Assembly (NCBI GenBank): GCA_963727445.1
Contig: CAVSGI010000009.1
Coordinates: forward strand, 384,001 to 448,000
Length of the DNA stretch: 64,000 nt
Source: an uncultured delta proteobacterium
GTDB lineage: Bacteria > Myxococcota_A > Polyangia > Polyangiales > B10-G4
Direction: 5' to 3'
This document shows positions 37,464-47,179 of the stretch, in pieces. Within the stretch, counting starts at the first letter, position 1. Every line of letters begins with the position of its first letter. The position numbers and the translations under genes are program-made. Under the pieces are notes generated by a model. The model was not told the origin of the DNA. It saw only the letters and a list, made by a program, of their open reading frames with translations, and did not search any database.

Positions 37464-39509
37464 TCACGAGCGCTCGATCGTCACCGCGATCTTCTCGCGG
37501 CCCTTCTTCACCACCGATGCGTAGGCGTTCGGTCCGAGGGAGAGGTGGCCCTCGTCGTCGACGATCTCACCGATCTGCGCCTGCACCGCGTTCAGCCCGC
37601 CGAGCCACCAGCGGCGGTCGGTGACGTAGACGCGGTCGCCGACCTGGGCGTGGATGTGGGCGGCGAGGTCCCGGCCGACGGCCACCAGGGGCAGCGCCTG
37701 TGCGCCTTCGGCGTAGGCCTCGTCCTCCATGCGCAGGGGGACCGCCTGTGCGCCTTCTTCGGAGGCGAAGCGCACCGAGCGGCGAAAGTCGGAGAGGGCC
37801 TGGGTGACCGTGCCCCACACGAGGCCGCGCTGGCGCTCCTCGCTCTCGGGGCGGGTGAGGAGCGCGACCACGACGCCGAGGGTGAGACTCACGACCACGC
37901 CGAAGAGCGCGCGCATGTACATGTGCTGCTGCATCCCGCCGAGGAAACCATCGCCGCGCTCGCCCATCGGTACGCCCTGCGCGAAGGGCGTGATGATCTC
38001 GGGCACGAAGAGCGAGACGATCACCAGACCGAGGCCGCCGAGGAGCGACGCGAACGCCGCGGGCTTCGTGAAGCGGCGCCAGAACACGCTCAAGAGCAGC
38101 GTCACGGCCAGGGGCGGCGTGACCGCGGCGGTGAACGCGCCGTGCGCGCCGTAGATCGACGCGAACTGCATGAAGACCGGCACCAGCCCGACCCCGAGGA
38201 GGGTCACGGTCACCGAGGACACGCGCGCGATCTTCAGCATGTCCGCTTCGGAGGCGTCGGGGTTGACGTACGGCTTGTACAGGTCGTTCACGGTGATCGC
38301 CGCGACCGCCGTGATCAGCGTGTCCACCGTCGACATCAGCGCCGCGGTCAGCGCCGCGAGCACCAGCCCGAAGACGCCCGGCGCGCTCAACAGCTCGGTG
38401 GCGACGTAGAAGGCGTCGCTCGGCGTCACGGTCTCCGGCAGGTAGCCGGCGTGAACCAGCGCCGCCGCGACCCAGCCGCCGCCGCCCACGACGGCCGCGC
38501 CGACGGTCATCAGCACCAGCACCGTGGCCACCGCCGCCTTGCTCGCCTCCCGCAGGGACCGGGCGGCCATGAAGCGCATCATGATCCCCTGGTTCAGGAA
38601 GTAGAACATCGCCGAATTGGCGATCGCGTCCTGCCAGAAGATGCCCACCGTCGGGAAGGTCGCGCTCTGGTTGAAGTTCGGGAAGGCCAGGCGATGGTCG
38701 CGCGTCAGGTGGCCCCAGACCTGGTCCGCGCCCCCCATGTACGAGGCGCCGAGGTAGAGGATCAGGAGCCCCGTCGCCAGCAGCATCACCCCCTGAAGGA
38801 GGTCGGTCATGATCACGCTGGTCTGGCCGCCGCTGGTCACGTAGCTCGCCGACACCACCGCCACCACCAGCGCCGACCAGAAGATCGGCACGCCGAGCAG
38901 CGCGTGGATCACCTTCCCCATCGTGAAGAGGTTCACGCCGACGTAGCCGATCAGATAGACCAGGATGCAGACGGTGGCCGCGAGGCGTACGCCGCGACCG
39001 AAGCGCCGCCCGAAGTACTCGGGGATCGACGTGATGCGCGAGTAGTAGAGGATCGGGAGCCAGCCGAAGAGCAAGAGCGGCAACCAGATCCAGTCGTTCA
39101 AGTACGACTGACTGCTCGACAGTCCGAACTCGTAGCCCTTGCTGCTGTACTTGACGAAGCTGTAGGAGCCGACGGTGGTGGCGATCAGGCTGAAGGCGAT
39201 CAGCCACCAAGAAAAACGCGAGCCGCCGAAGAAGAAGTCCTTGGTGGTCTTCTGCTGGCGACCGAACCAGGTGCCGACGGCGATGATCGCCAGGAAGTAC
39301 CCGACGACGATCGCGTAGTCGATCCAGGTCCCGCGCGCACCGTCACCGAGGGTCAGGACGTGGTCGGCGCCGCCGTCGTAGGGACGCGCCGGCAGCACGC
39401 TCATCGACGCGTACTGCTGATAGCCCTGCAGCGCCGCGAAGAAGCCGGCGACACCCAGGCAGACGAGGAGGTTTCTCAGCCCCGGGCCCTTCAGCCCGAC
39501 CCAGCCCAT
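37464..39509 (-). CDS. Sodium:solute symporter (SSS) family transporter
   Basis: DFFFGGS, SLIAT, SIPEYFGRRF, YVTSGG..SVIMTD, AALMST; about 14 TM helices. Confidence 0.92.
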   Translation of the reverse strand: MGWVGLKGPGLRNLLVCLGVAGFFAALQGYQQYASMSVLPARPYDGGADHVLTLGDGARGTWIDYAIVVGYFLAIIAVGTWFGRQQKTTKDFFFGGSRFSWWLIAFSLIATTVGSYSFVKYSSKGYEFGLSSSQSYLNDWIWLPLLLFGWLPILYYSRITSIPEYFGRRFGRGVRLAATVCILVYLIGYVGVNLFTMGKVIHALLGVPIFWSALVVAVVSASYVTSGGQTSVIMTDLLQGVMLLATGLLILYLGASYMGGADQVWGHLTRDHRLAFPNFNQSATFPTVGIFWQDAIANSAMFYFLNQGIMMRFMAARSLREASKAAVATVLVLMTVGAAVVGGGGWVAAALVHAGYLPETVTPSDAFYVATELLSAPGVFGLVLAALTAALMSTVDTLITAVAAITVNDLYKPYVNPDASEADMLKIARVSSVTVTLLGVGLVPVFMQFASIYGAHGAFTAAVTPPLAVTLLLSVFWRRFTKPAAFASLLGGLGLVIVSLFVPEIITPFAQGVPMGERGDGFLGGMQQHMYMRALFGVVVSLTLGVVVALLTRPESEERQRGLVWGTVTQALSDFRRSVRFASEEGAQAVPLRMEDEAYAEGAQALPLVAVGRDLAAHIHAQVGDRVYVTDRRWWLGGLNAVQAQIGEIVDDEGHLSLGPNAYASVVKKGREKIAVTIERS

Positions 39510-39590
39510 CCGCGCGGCGTACACGAGCCCCACCACGAATACCGCTCCGCCGACCGTGTATACGTAGACGAAGGGATCGATCGCGGCCGT

Positions 39591-40724
39591 TCAGCGCTCG
39601 AAGCCGTATTTCTCGAAGAGGTCCGAGAGCTCCTCGTAGACCTCGTCCTCGGTGAGCCCGAAGTCCTCGAGGCTGTACTTGTGGGTGCTCTTGAACTTCT
39701 TGCGGGCGGTGCACGCGCTGACCAGCCGCTCGTGAACGTGCGCCGGCATCTCCCAGCCGAAGCGCTCGTAGATGCGCTCCACCTCGCCCTGTGGGTGCGC
39801 CACCAGCTCGTCGAATTGCACCGTGATGAAGCGATCCTCCGAAAGCCGTTCGCCGAGCTCCGCGTAGCGCCGGTAGAACTGCATCATCAAATGGCCGAAA
39901 CGGCGGAACTCGGGGCCGCTCGGATCCCAGTCGGGGAAGATGCTCCGCCACGACATGGTGAGCAGCGAGATCGCCGAGGGGATCGACTGATAGGGGTGTC
40001 GCACCAGGTGGATGACCTTGCCGTCGGGGAACTTCTCGAGCATCGCCTCGGCGCGCGGAGCGGCCAGGACGCTCTTGACCAGGATGGTGCGTCCCTCGCC
40101 CTCGGCGTGGAGGTGACGCTTGAGGCAGTCCTCGTAGAAGTCCATCACTCGCGCCCGCGCTTCGGGGGGCACGTCCTTCATGGACCAGACGCGTGGCATC
40201 TCGTCGATGAAGGGGAACAGAAGGAGCATGGCCGGCGAGATCGCCGTGTAGATGAAGAGCGCCTCTTCCTCTTCCGCTTCGGTCAGCCCCATCGGGTGAA
40301 CGTCGCGAAAGCCGGGGAAGAGCTTCTGATCGAGCGCCAGGAGGCTGTCTCCCACCTTCCCGCGGAAGAGGAGCCGGTCGAGGGCGGCCAGGTGATCGAC
40401 GGCCTTGTACGCGCTCACCGCGGGCACGACGGTCTGGTAGAGCTTGAAGGAGGTGAAGCGCGCCTCGTCGAGGGTCAGCAGGCGGTGAAGGAGCGTGGTG
40501 CCGCTCCGGGCGCCGGCGAAGATGAAGACCGGCTCCTCGACCTTCGTGTCCTTCCACTCGGGATAGAGGACATCATCGATGCGATGGGCGGCCGCCACCG
40601 TCCCCGCCATCATCGCGTAGAGATTGAGGAAGCCCAGGCTCCAGGCCCAGAAGCGAGGCGTCGCCTTTCCCGATGTGACACTGGCGCGAAAAGCGGCTTT
40701 GAGGCTCTGTAGATCGACGTACAT
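39591..40724 (-). CDS. Sulfotransferase (Sulfotransfer_3 type)
   Basis: PVFIFAGARSGTTLLH PAPS-binding loop, EEEE, FPDGKVIHLVRHP..SIPS, HKYSLEDFGL. Confidence 0.88.
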   Translation of the reverse strand: MYVDLQSLKAAFRASVTSGKATPRFWAWSLGFLNLYAMMAGTVAAAHRIDDVLYPEWKDTKVEEPVFIFAGARSGTTLLHRLLTLDEARFTSFKLYQTVVPAVSAYKAVDHLAALDRLLFRGKVGDSLLALDQKLFPGFRDVHPMGLTEAEEEEALFIYTAISPAMLLLFPFIDEMPRVWSMKDVPPEARARVMDFYEDCLKRHLHAEGEGRTILVKSVLAAPRAEAMLEKFPDGKVIHLVRHPYQSIPSAISLLTMSWRSIFPDWDPSGPEFRRFGHLMMQFYRRYAELGERLSEDRFITVQFDELVAHPQGEVERIYERFGWEMPAHVHERLVSACTARKKFKSTHKYSLEDFGLTEDEVYEELSDLFEKYGFER

Positions 40725-40838
40725 CCGGAAGCGGGGAGGGGATTAGCGCCTCCTTCCGAGCAGCACAAGGGTTTGGAGGGCTCCGCTCGGGCCCTGGGGC
40801 TTTGCTCACAGGCTCCGGTCGGGGTAGCGTCCCGCGCC

Positions 40839-41856
40839 ATGTCGAACGACCAGCGCTTCTTCTCCATCTCCGACGTGCCCGAAAACGCCCTCTCTGGCGA
40901 ACGGGTGGCCATTCTCGGTTACGGCAATCTGGGCCGAACGGTCGCTCTGAACCTTCGTGATTCCGGGACCACGGTGCTGATCGGCAACCAGGACGACGAA
41001 TACGCTGCGCAGGCGAAGAAGGAGGGCTTCGAGGTCGTTTCGGTCAGCGAAGCGGCGAAGGCGGACGTGGTCTTCGTGCTCCTGCCGGACGAGGTGATCC
41101 CCGATGTGTGGAAGGACACGATCGCCCCCTCCCTCAGCGACGGCGCCGCGATCGCCTTCGGCTCCGGCTACACCCTCGCGTACGATCTTATCGACGCCCC
41201 CAGCACGGTGGACGTGCTGCTGGTCGCCCCCCGCATGGCCGGTGAGACCGCGCGCGAGCGCTTCGAGCGTGGCGAGGGGTTCTGGGCCTACATCGGCGTG
41301 GAGAACGACGCCTCCGGCAAGGCCGAGCGACGCATGTTGGGTCTGGCCGCGGGGATGGGCTCGCTTCGCGCCGGTCCGGGCGGCAAGGACGCGCCGGGCA
41401 CGGGCGCGCTTCAGATGACCGCCGAGATGGAGGCGACCATCGACCTCTTCATCGAACAGACCGTCGGCCCGCTCCTCGGCGCCGCGGTGATGACCGCATT
41501 CGAGGTGGGCAAGGAGGGCGGCATCCCCGCGCCGGCGCTGGTGCTCGAGATGTACATGTCCGGTGAGTTCGAGACGGTCTTCGCCGCCTTCCGCTCCATG
41601 GGCTTCTTCAAGGCGTCGGAGTCTGCACGGTCCCACCGCGCTCTTCGGCGGCATGATGCGCACCATGGAGGTCGACCGCGCGCCCATGGTCGAGCGCTTC
41701 TCGCGGGTGCTCTCGGAGATCCGCGACGGCGACTTCGCCAAGAAGTTCCAGGAGGAGCGCGCCAACGGCTACCCCATGCTCCAGGCCGCCGAGCTCATGA
41801 TCAAGGCGGACTCGCCCCAGACCCAGGCCGAGGCTCGCGTGCGCGAGCGCCGCTGA
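40839..41856 (+). CDS. ilvC: Ketol-acid reductoisomerase-like protein (+1 frameshift at ~41621)
   Basis: VAILGYGNLG..ALNLRDSG, LLPDE, VAPR, DLFIEQ, IRDGDFAK; the corrected product is 338 aa. Confidence 0.8.
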
Positions 41857-41865
41857 CCTCCCACG

Positions 41866-44286
41866 TTGCCCCGCCGCATCGCCGACTTCGTGACGCGTTA
41901 CCCGAGGGCCATCCTCGTGGTGACGCTCGCGCTGACGATCGCGGTCGCCACCCAGATCCCCGGTATCGAGCGGAATCCTTCGCCGGAGGACATGATCGCG
42001 TCCTTCGCGGATTACGAGGCGATCCGGGATTGCTTCGAAGCGGACTTCGGCAACACCGACCAGGTCGCGCTCCTCCTCGTCGAGGCCAATGACGTCACCG
42101 CGCTGCCGGTGCTGAGCTACGTCGACGAGCTGACGCGGCACTTCGAGAGCGTCGAGGGGATCCGTCGCGTCGAGAGCATCACCAAGACGCCGATTGAGAA
42201 GCCGCCCGCCGAGGAGGTGATGAATCTCGACTCCTTCGAGGAGGAGAGCGAGGAGGACGACCTTCCTCAGGACGTGATGGACGCGATGCTCACCCTCACC
42301 GAGGCCGCGCCCGAGCGGTTTCCCCTGGGGCTGACGAGCATCTCCGAGCGCCGGGACGAGATCGCCCCACGGCCCGTGGTCGAAGGCGACCACGTCACTG
42401 AAGAGGACGTCCGCGATCTGCGCGCCGCCCTCGCGGACATGCCCCTCGTGGTCGGCAAGATCATCAGCGCCGACAAAGAGGTGACCACCGTCGCCCTCTC
42501 GCTGCCCACCGATCACGCCGCGCGCCGCGCCCTCATCGACGAGATCGACATCTGGCTCGACGCGCATCCACCGCCCGAGGGCGTGGAGCTGCACCGCGGG
42601 GGCCTGCCCTACGTGCGCGCGCGCATCGTGGCCAAGATGCAGCGCGACAACCGCGTGCTCCTGCCGCTCACCCTCGTCGTGTGCATGGTCCTGCTCTTCG
42701 TCTCCTTTCGCTCGCTGGCTGGGACGATCTACCCGTTGCTCACGGTCGGCATCACCGCCGCGCTCCTGGTCGGCGGCATGGCGATCGCGCACCAGCCGAT
42801 GACGATCCTCACCAACATCGTCCCGCCTCTGTTGATCATCATCGGCATCAGCGACTCCATCCACATCGTGGGTCGCTTCCGGGACGAGCTCCGCGATCGC
42901 GGCGACCGCAAAGAGGCCCTGCACCACACCGTCCGGGCGATGGCTACCGCCTGCTTCCTCACGTCGCTCACCACAGCCATCGGGATCGCGTCTCTCGTCG
43001 TCTCGAGCACGGTCGGGTTTCGCCACTTCGCGGTGATCGCCTCCATCGGCGTGATGGTCGCTTACCTCGTGACCATCACCTTCTTGCCCTCCGCGCTCGG
43101 CGTCTCGAAGGGCCCAGCGCCCGCGCCACCCCCGAAGGAGGCACGCCTGGAGCGCTTCTTGGGCGGCCTGACCGCATGGGTGATCCGCAAGCGGTGGTGG
43201 GTCCTCGGCGCTGCGGGTGTCCTCACCGTGGCAGCGGCGCTCACCGCGCGCTCCCTGGTCGTCGACCACGCGCTGATGGATCAGTTCGACGCGACCGACC
43301 CGATCCACGTCACCACGCACGTCCTCGAAGAACATCTCGAAGGGGTGCGCCCCCTCGAGGTGAGCATTCGCGTGGACGATCCGGCGACCCTCGAGGACCC
43401 GGCGTTCCTCGCCCAGCTCGACCGGGTCCAGGCCTGGGCGAAGCAGCAGCCCTCGGTCCTCGGCGTCTCTTCGCTGACCAGCGTTCTTCACGAGGCGTGG
43501 CGGCAGATCACCGACGACGCGGCCGCGCGCCAGGAGCCTTTCGTCTCCGCGGCTCAGGTCGGCGCTCTCGAGACCCTGCTCCGGCGGGGCGAGTACGACG
43601 CCCTCGGGCACTACCTCACGGGAGACGGTCGCCACGCGCGGCTTCGCATCATGGTCGCCGACATCGGCGCTCAGGCGACGATGGCGCTCATCGGCCAGCT
43701 CCAGACGGAGCTCGCGCCGCTCGAAGAGCGCGCACGTGTCAGCCTCACCGGCGAGGCGTTCACCGGCTCGGTCGGTACCGAGGCGGTGGTGACGGACATC
43801 ATGCGCAGCCTCGGCGTCGCCATCCTGATCATCTTCGTGGTGCTCACCATCCTCTTCCGAAGCCTGCGCCTCGGGCTCCTCTCCATCCCGCCCAACATCA
43901 TCCCCCTGGTGGGCGCGATGGCCTGGATGGTCATCCGCGGCATTCCCCTGAACATCGCGACCGGCGTCATCTTCTCCATCTCCATCGGCCTCGCCGTCGA
44001 CGGGACGATCCACGTGCTCGCGCGCTTTCGCGAAGAGCGGCACAAGGGGCTCGGCAAGAACGTGTCGCTGATACGCGCGGCCCGCGGCACCGGGCGCGCC
44101 ATCGTCGTCAGCTGCGTCACCCTCATGCTCGGCTTCGGCGCGCTGCTCTTGAGCGGCTTCGTGCCCGTGCGCCACTTCGGCGAGCTGATCGCCGTGACCG
44201 CCTCCTTCTGCCTGATATCGACGGTGCTGGTGCAGCCTGCGCTGCTTCGCGTCGGCGCCGGCGCGCTCTCCGACGTCGACGACTGA
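41866..44286 (+). CDS. MMPL/RND family transporter
   Basis: Two repeats of a TM-bundle (IGISDSIH, LTSLTTAIG; IGLAVDGTIH, GFGALLLS.F...HFG). Confidence 0.92.
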   Translation: MPRRIADFVTRYPRAILVVTLALTIAVATQIPGIERNPSPEDMIASFADYEAIRDCFEADFGNTDQVALLLVEANDVTALPVLSYVDELTRHFESVEGIRRVESITKTPIEKPPAEEVMNLDSFEEESEEDDLPQDVMDAMLTLTEAAPERFPLGLTSISERRDEIAPRPVVEGDHVTEEDVRDLRAALADMPLVVGKIISADKEVTTVALSLPTDHAARRALIDEIDIWLDAHPPPEGVELHRGGLPYVRARIVAKMQRDNRVLLPLTLVVCMVLLFVSFRSLAGTIYPLLTVGITAALLVGGMAIAHQPMTILTNIVPPLLIIIGISDSIHIVGRFRDELRDRGDRKEALHHTVRAMATACFLTSLTTAIGIASLVVSSTVGFRHFAVIASIGVMVAYLVTITFLPSALGVSKGPAPAPPPKEARLERFLGGLTAWVIRKRWWVLGAAGVLTVAAALTARSLVVDHALMDQFDATDPIHVTTHVLEEHLEGVRPLEVSIRVDDPATLEDPAFLAQLDRVQAWAKQQPSVLGVSSLTSVLHEAWRQITDDAAARQEPFVSAAQVGALETLLRRGEYDALGHYLTGDGRHARLRIMVADIGAQATMALIGQLQTELAPLEERARVSLTGEAFTGSVGTEAVVTDIMRSLGVAILIIFVVLTILFRSLRLGLLSIPPNIIPLVGAMAWMVIRGIPLNIATGVIFSISIGLAVDGTIHVLARFREERHKGLGKNVSLIRAARGTGRAIVVSCVTLMLGFGALLLSGFVPVRHFGELIAVTASFCLISTVLVQPALLRVGAGALSDVDD

Positions 44287-44295
44287 GGTCTCGCC

Positions 44296-44737
44296 TCAGC
44301 CCTCGCGGCGCGGCACCTCTTCACCGTTGATGACGAGCACGCTACCGAGCTCGACCGCGGGCGCGAGGGTGGCCCAGATCCCGCAGTACTTGTCCTCGGT
44401 GAGGTCGAGGGCACGCCGAATCTTGTTCAGCGGCAGGTCGTCTCCGTCGATCAGATAGCGAAGCTCGGCCTTCAAGAAACGCTTGGGGTGCTCGTCCGCG
44501 GTCTGACCGCCGGCCTCGACCACCAGCCGCGTGAAGGGCACGCGCATCTTGCCGAGGATGGATGCGACATCCATGGCCGCGCACCCCGACAGGGAAACGA
44601 GCAGAAGCGGCTTCGGGCGCGGCCCGAGCCCGCGTCCCCCGTGCGCCTCCGCCGAGTCGATGGTGAAGTGGTGTCCGTCGAGGTCGACGTCGAAGGCCAG
44701 CCCATCTTTCCAGCTGACCACGGCTTTCAGAATCCAT
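44296..44737 (-). CDS. OsmC/YhfA family protein (+1 frameshift in the first codons)
   Basis: GPRPKPLLL.SL.GC, KYC; corrected start MDLKAVVSW follows a GGAGG RBS. Confidence 0.85.
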
Positions 44738-44860
44738 CTCTGCCTCCAGTCTTGCAGTTAAGCACACCGTCGATGAGGCCAAGCACCCGAAATCCGTGGG
44801 CCCGCGCCGGTCTGTAACTCTGCACCCCGACCCTGGTTGCCGTGGGGATCGGCGGGGTGC

Positions 44861-45610
44861 ATGCTGCGCGGCGTGGAAGGGAACGAGAGCGCCGCACGCG
44901 CCGCCATCCGCCGCATGCGCGACACCCTCGAAGGGGGTCTCGGCCCGGACGATGCCCGGGCGCTCCTCTTCGATGCGCTGACGGAGTGGGGACCTTCGAT
45001 CCCGATCACCTGGGCCGAGCTGAACCAGTTCGTCCACGGCCCTCTCGAGCGCCTCCTCGTCCGCTACATGGATCCCAAGACCGCACCGCGGTTCATGTCC
45101 CAGCTCGACGACGCGCTCGACGTCGCGGGCGACGAGCCGCAGCGGCGCTCCTCGGTCGTTCCCCCACCTTCTTCCCCGCTCACCGCCACGGCGCATCCCG
45201 CCAGCGCGGCGAGCACCTGGACCATGAAGCCGATCCCGGGAAAGGCGGTGCGCGTCCTGCTCGTCTCCTCGCGCGAGTCGATCGGCGACATGCTCGAGTT
45301 GGCGCTCGGTCGCGACCTGGTCAAGCCGGTCCTCGCGGACCCTCCGTCGATGATCTCCGAGTGGGTGAAGAACCACAGCGACGTGGTGGTGGTCGACGGC
45401 GTCAAGCCGCCCGCCATCGCACCCCACGAGCTGGTCGGCCTCCTGGAAGGCGCCTCGCGCGACGTCTGGCTCGCGGTGTGGGGCGCCGACGAGCCCTACG
45501 GCGAGCAGGTCGCCCAGGGGCTCTCGGCCGCGGACGTGCACTGCGTTCCCGTCCCGCGCAAAGAGGGCATCGCGCCCTTCATCGACCTGGTTCGCGCGCG
45601 TCGCGGCTGA
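44861..45610 (+). CDS. Hypothetical protein with C-terminal receiver-like domain
   Basis: VRVLLVS...DVVVVDG...VWLAVWG alpha/beta pattern; start uncertain. Confidence 0.6.
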   Translation: MLRGVEGNESAARAAIRRMRDTLEGGLGPDDARALLFDALTEWGPSIPITWAELNQFVHGPLERLLVRYMDPKTAPRFMSQLDDALDVAGDEPQRRSSVVPPPSSPLTATAHPASAASTWTMKPIPGKAVRVLLVSSRESIGDMLELALGRDLVKPVLADPPSMISEWVKNHSDVVVVDGVKPPAIAPHELVGLLEGASRDVWLAVWGADEPYGEQVAQGLSAADVHCVPVPRKEGIAPFIDLVRARRG

Positions 45611-45631
45611 ATGAGTGCTCTGCGGCGCCGC

Positions 45632-46093
45632 TCACTCCGGCGGCGGAGGCATCATGCTTTCGTGACGCTGCTTCGACAGCGTGGAGATCGCCCAGGCGAC
45701 GACGTCGGCCTCGGTGAGGATGCCGACCAGCTCCTCGCCGTCCACCACCAGCGTGCAGCCGATCTTGCGATCGAGCATGGCGCGCATGGCGTCGTCCGCC
45801 GGGGTGTCCGGCGGGCAGGTGAGGAGGTCCTTCGACATGAACTCGCTCACCCGAACGCGCACCAGGCGCTCCTCGTCGTCGTCAGGCACCTTCGCGGCCT
45901 TGGCGAGGAGCCGGATCTGCGCGCGCATGAAGTCGCGATGGGTCACGAGGCCGACGAGCTTCTTCCCGTTCACCACCGGGACGTGCCGGATGAAGCGGAG
46001 GTCCATGATCTGCTGGGCCGAGATGAAGTCCGCGTCTTCGTTCAGCGTGAACACGTCCCTCGTCATGAGATCGGAAACCGTGGTGATGTTCAT
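45632..46093 (-). CDS. CBS-domain protein
   Basis: VSDLMT, IRHVPVV, LVGLVT, VSEFMS, IGCTLVV, LVGILTE.D. Confidence 0.9.
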   Translation of the reverse strand: MNITTVSDLMTRDVFTLNEDADFISAQQIMDLRFIRHVPVVNGKKLVGLVTHRDFMRAQIRLLAKAAKVPDDDEERLVRVRVSEFMSKDLLTCPPDTPADDAMRAMLDRKIGCTLVVDGEELVGILTEADVVAWAISTLSKQRHESMMPPPPE

Positions 46094-46118
46094 GGCTCGC
46101 TCCCCATTCGAGCATACC

Positions 46119-46928
46119 TCACTCGTTCTCGGCGCCGGGAACCCGGCAGGTGCTGGGCCTCACCGACCCGTCGGGCCACCGCACCGAGGTCGTGCCGACC
46201 TCTCGCCCAGCGATGCGCGCGACCTTCAGCACGGAGGCGTCGGCCTGCTCGTCGCAGCCGAGATCGCGCGCTTCGGTCAGGGCCTGCACGGCGTCGGGGT
46301 CGCGATCCATTCCGCGGTAGCACCGCGCCGTGCGCCACAGGCCGTAGGCGTAGAGCGGGTGGTCGAGCTGCCCCAGGAAGTAGCGGAAAGCCTCGGCGCC
46401 GTCCTGGTAGTGCTGGAGCTCGAGGGCGATCTCTCCGCGGATGGCCCACATCAGCGTGTAGAGCTCGCCCGCGTCGCGATGACGCGTGGTGAAGCGCTCG
46501 GCGAGGCGCCCGGCGTTACGCGCTGCGCTCCGCCACGCGTTGAAGATCTTCACGAACTCCATCAGTGAGTTCTGAAAGTCGTCTCGACTTCCGCTCGCTG
46601 CCCGGTCCGCATAGCGATTCGAGTCTCGCCGCAGGCGCCTCTTCGCGCGCTCGTCGTGCTCCGCTTCGGCGGCGTACATCAGGCCGATGGCTGCATTGCG
46701 CATGGCCTGTCGCCGCTCTTCGCCTGGAGGCGCATCGCGCACCGCCTGGCGAAACGCGTCGGGATCTCCCGCCGGGCGGGCGAGCGCGGGCGTGCGCACG
46801 GCTGCGACCTCGAGGAGGTAGTTCGGTGGGTCGACGTCGTCGGCGCGAACGCGCGTCGTCGTCTCCGCGCCGCCACATGCGCTCGTCATCGAGGCGAGCA
46901 AGAGGGCGACGAGGGCGAGGACCCTCAC
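46119..46928 (-). CDS. Hypothetical helical lipoprotein
   Basis: Lipobox TSAC; TPR-like helices; 4-bp overlap with the upstream gene. Confidence 0.72.
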   Translation of the reverse strand: MRVLALVALLLASMTSACGGAETTTRVRADDVDPPNYLLEVAAVRTPALARPAGDPDAFRQAVRDAPPGEERRQAMRNAAIGLMYAAEAEHDERAKRRLRRDSNRYADRAASGSRDDFQNSLMEFVKIFNAWRSAARNAGRLAERFTTRHRDAGELYTLMWAIRGEIALELQHYQDGAEAFRYFLGQLDHPLYAYGLWRTARCYRGMDRDPDAVQALTEARDLGCDEQADASVLKVARIAGREVGTTSVRWPDGSVRPSTCRVPGAENE

Positions 46929-47179
46929 TCCTCCGCCTCCAGGAGCTCTTGATACTTCTCGCTCATCTCCGGGTCTGCCGCGATCTCGTACATCAGCGCT
47001 TCGAAGTCTTCGATCGACATCTCGTGCTCTTGCAGGATGTCCTCGGCGTGTTCCGGGTCGGCGCGGATCTCCCGTGCGATCGCGGCGCCCCGCTCCGCGA
47101 TGTCCTGCGGCTCGCCGTCATCACCACACCCCGTCGCAACGGCGACGAGGAGCAAGAGCGCCGAAAGGACGCGCGTCAT
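46925..47179 (-). CDS. Small acidic lipoprotein
   Basis: Lipobox ATGC; 84 aa; ATGA overlap. Confidence 0.75.
   Translation of the reverse strand: MTRVLSALLLLVAVATGCGDDGEPQDIAERGAAIAREIRADPEHAEDILQEHEMSIEDFEALMYEIAADPEMSEKYQELLEAEE

Noticed and set aside
37545..40712. 1055-aa + strand ORF and other long antisense ORFs (e.g. 24089..26890, 41608..44175)
   Set aside because: Shadow ORFs opposite real genes, expected from stop-codon scarcity at high GC; no motifs.
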